A program made the translations under genes and the position numbers. A DNA stretch of 64,000 bases. It comes from Macrostomum hystrix. Taxonomy: Eukaryota > Animalia > Platyhelminthes. The notes under the pieces are model-generated. The model was not told where the DNA came from. It ran no database searches and saw only the letters and a program-made list of their open reading frames with translations. The stretch's first letter is position 1. Each line of letters starts with the position of its first letter. This document shows positions 23,886-35,640 of the stretch, in pieces. The stretch spans positions 16,554,001-16,618,000 of the forward strand of contig CATNEN010000001.1 of the NCBI GenBank assembly GCA_950097015.1. The letters run 5' to 3'.

Positions 23886-24607
23886 CTGCAGACGCAGGTA
23901 GAGAAAGTTTCGGAAACTGTTGTATCAATTTCTCTGAAATTTACTGGCATTATGATCATAAGATCAGGCTTAGATTTGGAGAGGTCACAAACTAAGAGAA
24001 GGAGAAGACACAGGCATACATGTCAGCCACGAATTATATTTAACCTAACTCAAAACGCGGCGCCTCCACAGTTGTTCCATGGACAATCCGTGGAAAATAT
24101 GCTGCAACATTTTTTCGCCGGGCAATGCCACGGAAAACCCGCAGAGTTTTCGTGGAGCAATTTGTCAATATGCAAAGCGTTTCTGTGTACTGTCTACGTT
24201 CTCGAATTTCATATGAAATCTTCGCTATAGTTCAGACTGATGCCAAGCTATATAAACTTTTTGTATTTCTTCTAATGAAGTTCCTACTTTTGCGCATGAA
24301 GTTTCCGCGGCAAAGCCTTGGAAATTCCGAAGAAAATGTTCATTTCTCGCGTTAAGCTTCAAATATTATAAACTTGTGACTTGGGCACTAAACGGGATGT
24401 GAAGAAATTCCGTACATTTTCCGTGGCCGAGCCGAGGAAACTACGTCCGGGAAAAAAGCTTGAATGATAAAGTACAAGTCTTAATGTGCACAACACTAAA
24501 ATGTCGATAAGAAGCGAAAGATGTACTGTAGTAAGTAAATCAGTGAACAAAAACATGATGCCACGAGGAGCGTAATTAAGGTCAGCATAAAAAAGTACAA
24601 TGAGTAC

Positions 24608-24730
24608 CTGAAGGCTGCGTACGACTGTTCAGTCCATGGACTGGGTGGGAGGGGCGCCACACCCACCCCTCAATTATCCCAGCAGCTGCTGGTGGTACGC
24701 ATTCAACAGCTGGGTGAACTGAAGCAATGC
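24608..24730 (-). mobile_element. SINE family B fragment
   Basis: ctgaaggctgcgtacg...cagtccatggactggg...cagctgggtgaactgaagcaatgc. Confidence 0.75.
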
Positions 24731-25419
24731 ATTATTGTAGTGTCACTAACACAACCTTTGACTGAACTCTACAAATTAGATGACAAAAATACAGATTTTG
24801 AGTAAGTTTCTTAATCAAAGTTTTTGAGAGTTTAGGCAGAACAACTAGCTTAGTGATTATGCAAGCGGAAATAAATTGGGAAACCACATTTGCTTTCTTC
24901 TTAACTTCCTTCCGAGCTTATGGGACTTAGTTCGGTTTCACCCCCTAATAAATATTACCTTTTGTAGGCCGGAGTTTATTGGACTTTAATTAGGCAAACA
25001 CCGGGATATTATAGCAAGGCGAATAGAAGTAGTAAATAATTCAACAGCTGTTGCCTCTCGCGCCAATGACCCTGAGCCCGATTCTGAAGCCACATTAATT
25101 TTGGGTGCAGTCGCGGAGAGAAGGATTGGTGGCTTGTTGTACACATTGAGAGTGCAGTACACTGCCTAAAATAGTCGGGTCAGATGTACACAGCTGTTTG
25201 AGTTTGAGACGAGAACGTCCAAAATGAGGTCCTGTACGAGAGGTACGAGACGTATCCGGGCCGAGAGCTACTGTCCTGCTACCGACCCGCTTCCGCTCAG
25301 GAGTCAGCTGAAATAAGCAGATTGGCAGCGGGTCTATTGTCACTAAATGACAGATCTACTGATCACTGTGATGATGCAACTGATGTGTCATGTGTGTAGG
25401 GCTTGTTCTGTAATAATAG

Positions 25420-25720
25420 TAATAATAATAATGGCAGGAGGGCTGCAGGCAATGACATATTATTTGGTGACACTAGACCCGCAGCCAGCGAGGAGGCAAT
25501 TCTGCCCATTTCGCTGACTCCTGAGCACAAACGTACACAAATACCGTACGCAGGCACACGCTCACACAGGTGTGTACATCTGCCCTGACTTTCTCATCGT
25601 CAGGCAGTGTACACTCTCACTGTGCTTTGGAGGTTGGCCCTCAAGGGCGTAAATCAAATGTGGCCTCGCCGCGGAATCAAACTCAGGGACATTGGTGCGA
25701 GGGGCAAACGCTCTAACACT
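25420..25720 (-). mobile_element. SINE family A copy, with a degraded + copy at ~25050-25345
   Basis: Reverse complement of the family A body and tail. Confidence 0.8.
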
Positions 25721-26003
25721 GCGACCTAGATGTAGATTTGGCAAGATCAGTCGAAAGTTTGCTGATTCAGTCGGCTGGCTGTCAGATTTCCTATCTTCAA
25801 TGTGATGAATTTTACGCAAATACGCAGTTCTGGCAATATTTACACACCTCAAGGTTAAATCAAAGCTTTTGCCCATATATGGAACCCCTGTTTACGCTTC
25901 TCTGATAGATATCGGGCAATTTATATACGAGTTTACAAACCGATCTTAAAGTTTTCATTTATTTTTTTTCTGGCCGTCAAAAAGCTGTTTGAATCGCTAC
26001 AGC

Positions 26004-27497
26004 ATGGTTGAATTGCTGGAACAGTTAAGCAGCATCAGCTTAACATGCAGCGACAATGAAGCCCTTAGGGCCGAGCTTCAAGCACTCGCCTCTGAAATTC
26101 AGGAGACGAATGCCATGTTTGAAGCAGTACAGAGCAAATTGTGCGAGTGGAAGTCGAAGATAGCTTTCCGACTGCACACCATCCACGACTCGGTTGCTAA
26201 GAGAATTGACGACGCCAACGAAGCTGCAGAACGCCGAAAAGAAGTCCTAGCTGCCAGGGGTATCGGCGACTCGAAGGCCTTCAAAGAGCTGCTCGAATCA
26301 CTTGCGCCGTGGCTTCAAGAGGCGAGCCGCAGAGTAGTTGAGTTCAACCAGAAAAAATGCGAGTTGCGAGACCGGCAGAGAGCGGGCGGTTTGGGCATTG
26401 ATCTTCGATCTGTCGGCGATGTGGCCGCAGGAGTGCAGCAGCTTCTAGTGATGACTGACCTCCACATCAGCAGCGTGATGCGTCAGTGCTGGCTCGACGC
26501 CGCTGACAACAAGACGAGCCAACTCTGCCTTCCGGTTGCATCGATCGACAAGCTGGAGAGTGTTCCCTATCACGTGACCTGCTGTACAAACTCTACTGGC
26601 TTCTTCAGCGACGCGTCGGGTAAAGTGATTCGCGAAAGCTCTGTGGGCGCAGAATTCGTGAGCTCGCCTTTGCCAGAGCCGTGTGTCTTTGTGTCGTTCG
26701 GACCTCAACGAACTAAGCATCTTTTAGTGACGCCGATACATGCCGATGCGTGCAAGACTGTTGAGAACAACCGATTGCGGTGTCAATGTCAGCTGGACTG
26801 GTCTGCATGGATAACTGGCCTGCATTGCGACAATGTGCGCCAGTTGCTGTTTGTGGCACAGAGAGCCTTGGTGACGGTCGCAGATCTCAGCGGGCAGTTA
26901 GTGCTCTCGATCGAAGGAGCCTGTTTGAGCCCCCCAACCATGCTGAGATTTAGCGATATGGCTTGGGACTCCAATCGGCTGTTCATCTTGGACAGTCTAC
27001 ATCGACAGATTTTTGTCATCGACAAGGACACTGGCCGCCTTGAGAGGGTCATCGACCTCGCGAGCTTCAATGTAGGTGGGCTCGACGGCCTGGCGCTGCA
27101 GGGATCAAAGCTACTGTTGTTGGACTTGGAGAACGATCGAGTGCACAAGGTGTGCGGCATCAGTCGGCAGCTCATCGCCACGTATCCTGCGGAGGGTCAA
27201 GCCGAGTTCCAGCATCCCTGGCGGCTTGTCGTTGACGAGGGTCTCGCCTTCCTTTCTGAGAAAGACGCGGACAGGGTTCTCGCTCTGAATGTTGGCGATT
27301 TTCAGGCCCTGCAAACTCTGACTGAGGGGCTGCATTCAAGCGAATCGAGTACCGGTTCAACCGGTGCTGCGAAAGCCAAAATGTGCAGCTTCAAACACCC
27401 CACAGGCTTGGCTGTAGTGCGCTGGGAGCAAGCCAAGGCACTGGTGGTGTGCGATTGGGGACGAAAGCGACTGTGCGTCTACCGGCTGCTGATTTGA
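26004..27497 (+). CDS. Coiled-coil plus NHL-repeat (beta-propeller) protein, TRIM-NHL-like without evident RING/B-box
   Basis: Uninterrupted ~497-aa ORF from ATG 26004; helical N-terminus; NHL-like motifs FQHPWRLVVD, FKHPTGLAV, LVVCDWGRKRLCVY, LFILDSLHRQIFVID. Confidence 0.78.
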   Translation: MVELLEQLSSISLTCSDNEALRAELQALASEIQETNAMFEAVQSKLCEWKSKIAFRLHTIHDSVAKRIDDANEAAERRKEVLAARGIGDSKAFKELLESLAPWLQEASRRVVEFNQKKCELRDRQRAGGLGIDLRSVGDVAAGVQQLLVMTDLHISSVMRQCWLDAADNKTSQLCLPVASIDKLESVPYHVTCCTNSTGFFSDASGKVIRESSVGAEFVSSPLPEPCVFVSFGPQRTKHLLVTPIHADACKTVENNRLRCQCQLDWSAWITGLHCDNVRQLLFVAQRALVTVADLSGQLVLSIEGACLSPPTMLRFSDMAWDSNRLFILDSLHRQIFVIDKDTGRLERVIDLASFNVGGLDGLALQGSKLLLLDLENDRVHKVCGISRQLIATYPAEGQAEFQHPWRLVVDEGLAFLSEKDADRVLALNVGDFQALQTLTEGLHSSESSTGSTGAAKAKMCSFKHPTGLAVVRWEQAKALVVCDWGRKRLCVYRLLI

Positions 27498-28485
27498 ACC
27501 GGGGGCAGCCGACCTCGAATTCGAATTTCGAATTCCCGGAATCTTTGCCCTATTCGTGTATTTTGCGATCCTGCATGAAAAAAACATTGTTGCGGGTATT
27601 TTAGATTATATTAGACTTCCGATTTAAGAAACCCTACGTATCGCGCATTACCCGATCTCAAATCAACCAGGGCTTCGTTAAAGCAGAAAAAATATATCAG
27701 TTCGCACCTGGCAGGCTTGGGCTGCTTTCGTCACATTTCGGAGGGACTTTAGGGGCGTGACGGGCGCAGAGCACGTTCAAGTGCACTTGCACGGATCAAG
27801 CCGGCAGCATCGCGTGCTGCAAGCGCTCTAGGCGAATTCACTGGAAAAAAAGTACGCAGAGTCTTGGTAAGGAGAAAATCCGACTCAGACTAGACTCTGC
27901 GGGTAATTGACACGAGCAGAAATCTGTTTTCTTGAACAGGAAAGTTTCTGTCTCATGGGTCTGTTTAAAGTTCTAACAGTTATTTGATAGCTTGTGACAG
28001 GGAGGAAGTTATGCAGCAAGTGTTGCTGCCCTGGGTCGAATATACCATTCGTTTGTCAAGTCAACTCTGGCTCGTGAATGCAGAGCTCAAGTAATGAGTA
28101 CTATGGCTTGATTTTTTACTTTTATCCAGTGGTACTTGCTGTGAAGTCTTCAAGTCACGTTTAACCATCATGGTCTTTTTAGAAACAAGAGCCTTATGAG
28201 TCCATTTCATATTCAGCCAGCTTGTCTTCCAATGATGCCAAAGTCTCTTTCCTTCGTGTTATTTTTTCTCGTCTGCTGTCCCTATCTGAAACTTGTTAGG
28301 ACCGGTCTGCGTTCCTATTGGTTGGCTCTAGTCTGTTCGAAATTCACACCGACTCAATTATTTTCCTTTAAGTCTAATATTAAGAGCTGGTAGACAGCAA
28401 TACTGAGACATTGCTAGGATTTGACTTTTCAGTCGATGTGAAGAAAATAGTCTTAAAAATCAAAAGACATCGATTCAGCAAACAG

Positions 28486-29910
28486 ATGGGTAAGCGAATA
28501 TAAGATTTACCTATCCATACATTTTACGTCTAACTAGTTATGGTATCTGTCAGAATAGGTGAATTCTGAGACAATCAAAGCTTCAATTCCGCAGCATTCG
28601 ATTTGAGCTCATCTGTTCTCAGCTACTCATCGATAGCCGTCTGCTGTCTGAGTGTACTGCTTAACGCCTGGATTTTCTACGTTTTGCACGGAATAAGGAT
28701 CAGCAGCAATGCATCCATCTACAACTTGCTCCTAATTAGGCACCTTCTCGTCATGGACGCCGTCACCGCCCTATTAGTCATTGTTGACCTGAGCTTAAAA
28801 AAGGACCAGGAAGTGCGCGAGCGAATCGGCCTGATTTCTTTCGAGCCGTTGCTACTGAATTTCACAATTCTGACGCTGCCGTTTGAGAACGCTACTCAAC
28901 GGGTCTCCCGCAAGTCGCACGGATTCTGCTTGAGCTACGCAGCCCAGGAGAGCCTGCGCTGGTCGCACAGCCTCACATTGTGCTCTCTGACGCTAATCGC
29001 TGTCGACCTGTACCTGTTCATGAATCGAGCGGCCTCCCATAGAAGCACAGTCGTTGCCCGCTACGTGCGCAGGCTTCTAGCAGTCAGCTGGGCTGCCTCC
29101 GCAGTGCTTGCCCTGCTGCCTATTGGCTACCATGGCTACCTGTCGTTGCTACTGACTCGCGGACAAAGTAACGCCACAATCGAGGATGGCGAGCTGTCAA
29201 ACGTGCAAAGAATCTGCCATGACAAGCTCAAAGCTGGATTCGGTACCATCTTCTGCTGCGTTGGACGCAACACTACGAAGTTTAATAGCCTTCAGGTATT
29301 GCTCAGCGTGTTTGCAGGATCTTGCGTCGCCATGACTTACTGCTACAGCAGCATCATAGCCAGGATCTATCGGGTGATGCGGCTCAACCGTGGCAACCGG
29401 GCGCTGAGCTCGCAACGTCACAATCAGCGTGGAGTTCTCACAGCTCTGGTCATTCTGCTGCAATTCTATGTGCTATTTTTGCCATTCTTCATAGCCCAGT
29501 TCTCCACAAACATCAGCATGAGCCGATCAGCTGATAGTCTCGACTGGCGTCACTTTGAAAGCCTTTTAGATAGCATACTGACACTTGAAAGGCTAGACCG
29601 CTACCTGGAGCTGCTCATGGTCGCGTACACCGTACTCAATCCGCTGCTCTACGCCTGTCGGTTAAGTGCGGTGCGACGTCGCTCGACGAGAACTCTCTCC
29701 GATCTGCAGCAGAGAACTCGCTTCTCAGCTCGCCAGCTCAACCTGCGCCTCCTTGGCCGGGGCGTCGTAGCTAGACCGGTCATAAGAACCGCCAGGCCCT
29801 CGCATCGCGGCGCCGTCTATGGTCTCGGCTGCGAGCCTGTTCGGAGCGTTGAATCCAATGGCGACCTACCAAGGGGCACATTAACGGCGGTGAGCCTAAA
29901 TCAGGTGTAA
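28486..29910 (+). CDS. Class A (rhodopsin-like) orphan GPCR
   Basis: Hydrophobic segments consistent with 7TM; TM3 LIAVDLY (DRY variant), TM7 LNPLLYA (NPxxY). Likely start ATG G at 28486-28489 spliced in frame to 28595-29910. Confidence 0.85.
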
Positions 29911-31222
29911 TACAGTGTACAGTGTCTAATACAGTTTCAAGCCTAGTAGAAAAACCTCGGGGGTATTTCAAAGCGGTATTCCCGCTCTATCCGATGAAGC
30001 AACTTCCAGAATCACAATAAAATCGGCATCGTCGAGATGTTCAACGATTCTCGTCGGATAATACGGCCCGCGCTCTCTGACTATCGTTTTGCACAGACAC
30101 AACATTTTTAGCCGATATAAATTTTTAAAAATACTATAAACTATGAGAAAAGAGAAAGTGTTGCGGGCTGTGGGCTGATTGGCAAAATAGCCGTTACTTT
30201 GGTGGCGAGTCCGCCTGCTAATTCGTCATTGTCTATGATAGCCACCCGATTATTTATCACTCGGATTAAAGGATATGAATAATGTTAAGCTCAGTACAAA
30301 TCAATATTTTATGTTTTCAGGGCCCAGCTTCATGCAGGCAGCACTATGTTTCACAGAGGCAGTCAAGATGTACGAAGAGCTGCCCGTGACTGCAAAACTA
30401 GAAGATTGTTCAACTGCCTCATGCTTACCTGAGGACTGCTTACAATAATTAACGCAACTTATTTTGTGTTCTGTTCTGCAAAGTATTTTGACAAGCTCGT
30501 TAAAATAAATAAATTTGCTTTTCGCCATCACACAATGGCTGCAAAACTTCGAGCTTTAATTGACGCTTTAGCTGTTTGCATATTTTTTTGCTTAATTGAG
30601 ACATTTATCGTAATCACATTCATTATATTATTACACACTCATACTTCTTTCGTCCACGAATAACAAATATGACATACAATTGAACGTCAAAACATAAAAA
30701 ATTAAATACAATTTTAAGAAATTAAAAGAAAATGTTTGTAACAAATATTTGGCACTCGTGAAATTTACTAGCGTACATATAGTTGCATAAAAAATCTTAA
30801 TTTAGAAAGTATTTTACACGACGCGCTTAACTCGTAGCTGTCTTGATTTAAGTCAAGTTTGAAGGAAAGCAGGAACATACAGATAATTTCTGCAGTATTT
30901 AGTTTGAAAAAGTTTAGTAAAATTGTAATAAAACCGGAAATTTTAAAGTAATTTTGATCTTTTAAATATTTCTAAAAGTGCATTTAAACAAATTTAAACA
31001 TTTAAACATTTTCTGATTAACAAACGGTGTTAGAATTTTATCATTGAGATTCCAATATCCCATATTTAAATATTCTATCAAATTAAAAAGGTTTTATGCA
31101 AATGCATTTTACTCTGTATGAACTTCTAATAAGTATTTAAATTTCAGCTTGTGAATTTAACGCGCACCAATTTAAATTGTTGATCAAGCAATTTCATCGG
31201 CGAGACGATCAAGTAAGGGAAA

Positions 31223-34200
31223 ATGAACTCCAAGCTTCTGCGCGGCTTCGGCAAAGAAAACGGGCAGGTTGTTGACAGCTCCTCCGTGTGGAATGTTGAC
31301 AGCAGTGTACCTAGCGAGAATCCGTCTGGCGCGCAGGTCAGTTTTAGTACAATATAAAAATATTCATTCCTAGAATTGCTTTGGACGAACTAAATATTCC
31401 AAATTTTTTCTTTGTAGCGAAAAGGCCTCATTCCGTCGACATTTTTGACAAAGAAAGGCAACCTGGTTCTGTTTACTCACCCGGACGAGCTCACACAGCC
31501 CGATGAGAAGCCAAAACAGGAGGGGCCCGCCTCTGTGACCCGAGGTGTCACTACTCTGGGAGATTTGTTTAACTCGGCTACTCATATTTCAGAGGTAACC
31601 ATTTTCATTAAAAAATGTTACTTAAATATATTTTGTACGTTTAAAAATATAAAACTTTTAAACAGTAAAGAAGAAATAAGTAACTTTTAATTCGATCCTA
31701 AAAATCATAAATTTATTTGTTTTGAGAAAAAGAATACGTTTTTAATCAATCGACACCTAGATTATTTAATTATAATACTTTTGAAATGAAAAAAGCAGAT
31801 TATTAAAAAATATATTTTTATTATTATTTTTATCGTATCATCTTTTTTCTTTAAGTATTGTAATATTTCTATTGACTTTTTTACGTAGAAGAACGCACAG
31901 TTAATCCTTATGACTAATTTCTGGGTCAAATCTGTCTCAATATTTTCTATTAGCAATGTCAATGGCAATTGAGAGGGTATAAGCATTGTGCCCAGCCTTC
32001 TATTTGGCTGTCTTTGTTATACTGGAGCGGTTTGACGTCCGGTTTGCCAAGCGCTTCATCAATTGAGTTTCTGTGCCTTCTTCTTCTCATTCTTCATATT
32101 TTTTCCTGACCCGATCTTGACTTAGATTATCGCTTCAGTTGCGCTGGTAGGGGCTTCGCATTGTTAAGAAGAAATTGTTCCCCTAAAGCATGCCTCATTT
32201 CATTCTAGGCCCCATTAAGTTTCTAGCTGAGTATTGGCAACTATTCATTGATTGTGCGACCTATGTGGACTTTTAATGTTTAGATGAACATAAATGCAAT
32301 AGGCGTGATGGACTCTTAGGCTGAGATTCATTTGATTAGATCATAATTGATTGGCCCGATTGTGCCAGATGTGCAGCCGACTGCACAGTCACAGCTATTG
32401 CACTGCGTTTCTGAAGGCTGCGTACGGCTGTTCAGTCCATGGACTGGGGAGATGTCACCCCGAACCTCAGTAACCCCAGCTAATGCATGTACCCATTTAA
32501 CAGCTGGGTAAACTGAAGCCATGCTCTCGCTAAAATTTACCTGTGGAGTCGACCTTAAAGTCACGGGTCCGGCTATAATTCCCCGTTATGATTAGGTGAG
32601 AATAATTGCGAATGCGTGATTCTATTTGTTAGATTTCGCACAGGTTAAAAGCAGGTTTGTTGCAGTGTCAATCTCTTAGCCTGTGGATTGCGGGGACTTT
32701 TAGCCAGACTGGACTGCCAATTGTTGCCTGTCTGTGTGCTACCTCAGCTGCGGATGCGACACAGTGTTAGGTGAAAAAAATTCCATTCAGATTAGGAGTC
32801 ACCGTAACCATTGGCAACCAAAGCCAGGCTGGCTAGGGATGGGATCTAGACGAGGGGATTGAAGAGAAAAAAAACTGCCAGTTTAGTGGAGAATTCCTGC
32901 CCTGCTGTCGATGATTGTCGATTCCTATTTTTTTCGTTCCCTCATCCGCCAACCCCACCTCTGAACAATGCGCAACAAGCAGCAGGAGCAGCAGCAGCAG
33001 CAGGGGAGTTTTCAGGAAAATTTAATCGGCCCAAGTCAATATTAGTTTGTGTACATTGGTGATGCGCTCATCTGTGGGAGGTGCTGGAGAAGTGGAAGCT
33101 AAACATCCAGCTGTTTGTCAAAATCTCCTGTTTGTTTCTGTGTACTCAAAGATGTGTGGACACTCGCTATTGTTCATTCGTCTTCTTTAGCAGATAAAAT
33201 GCATTGTTTTGCAGCCATTTTTTTCTTACAATGCAACACTTGAGAGCTTCTCTCAGTTGGAGTGGAGTCCAGTTTTCAGCTACTCAACCGGATGGGAGAC
33301 TTGGCTTGGAATTCAATTCTAGGAGATTTCTCCCAAACACAGGCTAACTTGCTGTCCCAAGGCGAAAATTCTGTACACAGCGCTTTAGCTTGTGAAAATG
33401 GGGGATCTTTAGTTTGTATGCTGGAATTGTGGGTATAATTCAGGCTCTTAAATTGTCAGACTGTAATATTACCTGTTAGACAGTAACATCACCTGTTAGA
33501 CAGTAGTTTCACCTGTTACACACGGAGTTTTACCTGTTAGACATTAGTACCACCTGTTAGACGGGAGTGTCACCTGTTAGACGGGAGTGTAACCTGTTAG
33601 ACGGGAGAGTCACCTGTTAGACAGGAGTGTCACCTGTTAGACGGGAGTGTCACCTGTTAGACAGTAACATCACCTGTTAGACAGTAGTTTCACCTGTTAC
33701 ACACGGAGTTTTACCTGTTAGACATTAGTACCACCTGTTAGACGGGAGTGTCACCTGTTAGACGGGAGTGTCACCTGTTAGACGGGAGTGTCACCTGTTA
33801 GACGGGAGTGTCACCTGTTAGACGGGAGTGTCACCTGTTAGACGGGAGTGTCACCTGTTAGACGGGAGTGTCACCTGTTAGACGGGAGTGTCACCTGTTA
33901 GACAGGTTAATATGCGCTAAATCAAAATAACTAAAAGGGTCGCTTTAAACAATTGAATAAAGTTTACCTTCTTTAATTAAATGTTTTTCAGCCAACTCGA
34001 GAGAATCGTCAGCGCTACAAAGACCTCCAGTCTCAGCCGGGTCGTGAGCTCACAGGTTACCTGGGACAGTTGCGCTACAATTTAGAGTAAGGATCTTGTC
34101 CACGTAACAATTATAGTTCAAAGAATAACTTTGTACTTCTGTTCCGAAATAAAACTACCTTAATAAATTCGTACAGGTGCGACCCCTCGGTCAAGGCTTT

Positions 34201-35599
34201 GTTAGGAGTTCTCGCTTCTGAGCACGGCGGCTACAGAGGATCTGCGGCTGCTGGGTGAGCTGAGTGTCACCTGTTAGACAGTAGAGTCACCTGTTAGACA
34301 GGAATGTCACATGTTAGACAGGAATGTCACATGTTAGACAGGAATGTCCCATGTTAGACAGGAATGTCCCATGTTAGACAGGAATGTCACATGTTAGCCA
34401 TAAATTTCACCTGTTAGACAGGAATGTCACCTGTTAGACAGGAGTGTCACTTGTTAGACAGGAGTGTCACATGTTAGCCATAAATTTCACCTGTTAGACA
34501 GGAATGTCCCATGTTAGACAGGAATGTCCCATGTTAGACAGGAATGTCACATGTTAGACAGGAATGTCCCATGTTAGACAGGAATGTCACCTGTTAGACA
34601 GGAATGTCACCTGTTAGACAGGAGTGTCACTTGTTAGACAGGAGTGTCACTTGTTAGACAGGAGTGTCACTTGTCAGACAGTAGTGTCACCTGTTAGACG
34701 GGAGTGTCACCTGATAGACATAAACCTGTTAGTGTCACCTGTTAGCACAACCCGATTCCCCACTATCCACAATGAACCGCTGAAACTGTCAGTTCGCTCG
34801 GTGGAGACTTCGATCTGCGCGCTTTCCTGCAAGGCCAGGGCCGCGGGCCATTGCCGCCGCTGCTGTCAGCGCTGTACCAGGAGGTGCGGGCAGAGGAGGC
34901 TAGAAAATCAGCAGCGGCAGCAGCAGCGGCAGCAGCGGCGGCAGCATCGGCAGCGGCTGCGGGATCAGCTGCCGGAGCTTCGACAGCTGCAGCATCCAAG
35001 CAGCGCCGCTACCTGCCGTACCATCATCCACCGACATTGGGCAGTCGGCCGGCCTTCGCTCCCAGACGCTGGGACTCCGCGGTTGACGAGGACGACGATG
35101 CAGGCGATGACGAAATGAGGTAGGGATGTCCGGCATGGAATATTGGATTGAATTGTTGGCTTAGCCTAATTCAAGATAGCTCCCTTCCAAACCGAATGAC
35201 TGATTTTCTTACAGACACTGACGAGAATCGTTGTATATCTGGAAGATGCCAATGTTTTGTGATTCCGGATTTAGTTTTCGAATTAGCAAATTACCTGAAA
35301 CAATTGAATGCTAAATTTTTATTTCATTTATGCTTTTTGTCTTTATTACATGATATAACAATCGACGTTTTGAAGAAACTCGTGTTAGTTTGTGTTGGTG
35401 TGATATACCATACCATATATTTCATAGAGCAACTTTAATTTCACCCTACTTACCAGTAGCTGAGAGCGGTCATTTTTCCATTTTTTTGGCAAATTAACAA
35501 AAGTGCAAATTCATTTTCTAACAAACAACTAATTAAAAATGGTGCAATGATAGACTCGAGGCTACAAGCTGCTTGCCTCCCGGTATGTCGGCAGCAATG

Positions 35600-35640
<41 letters not shown>

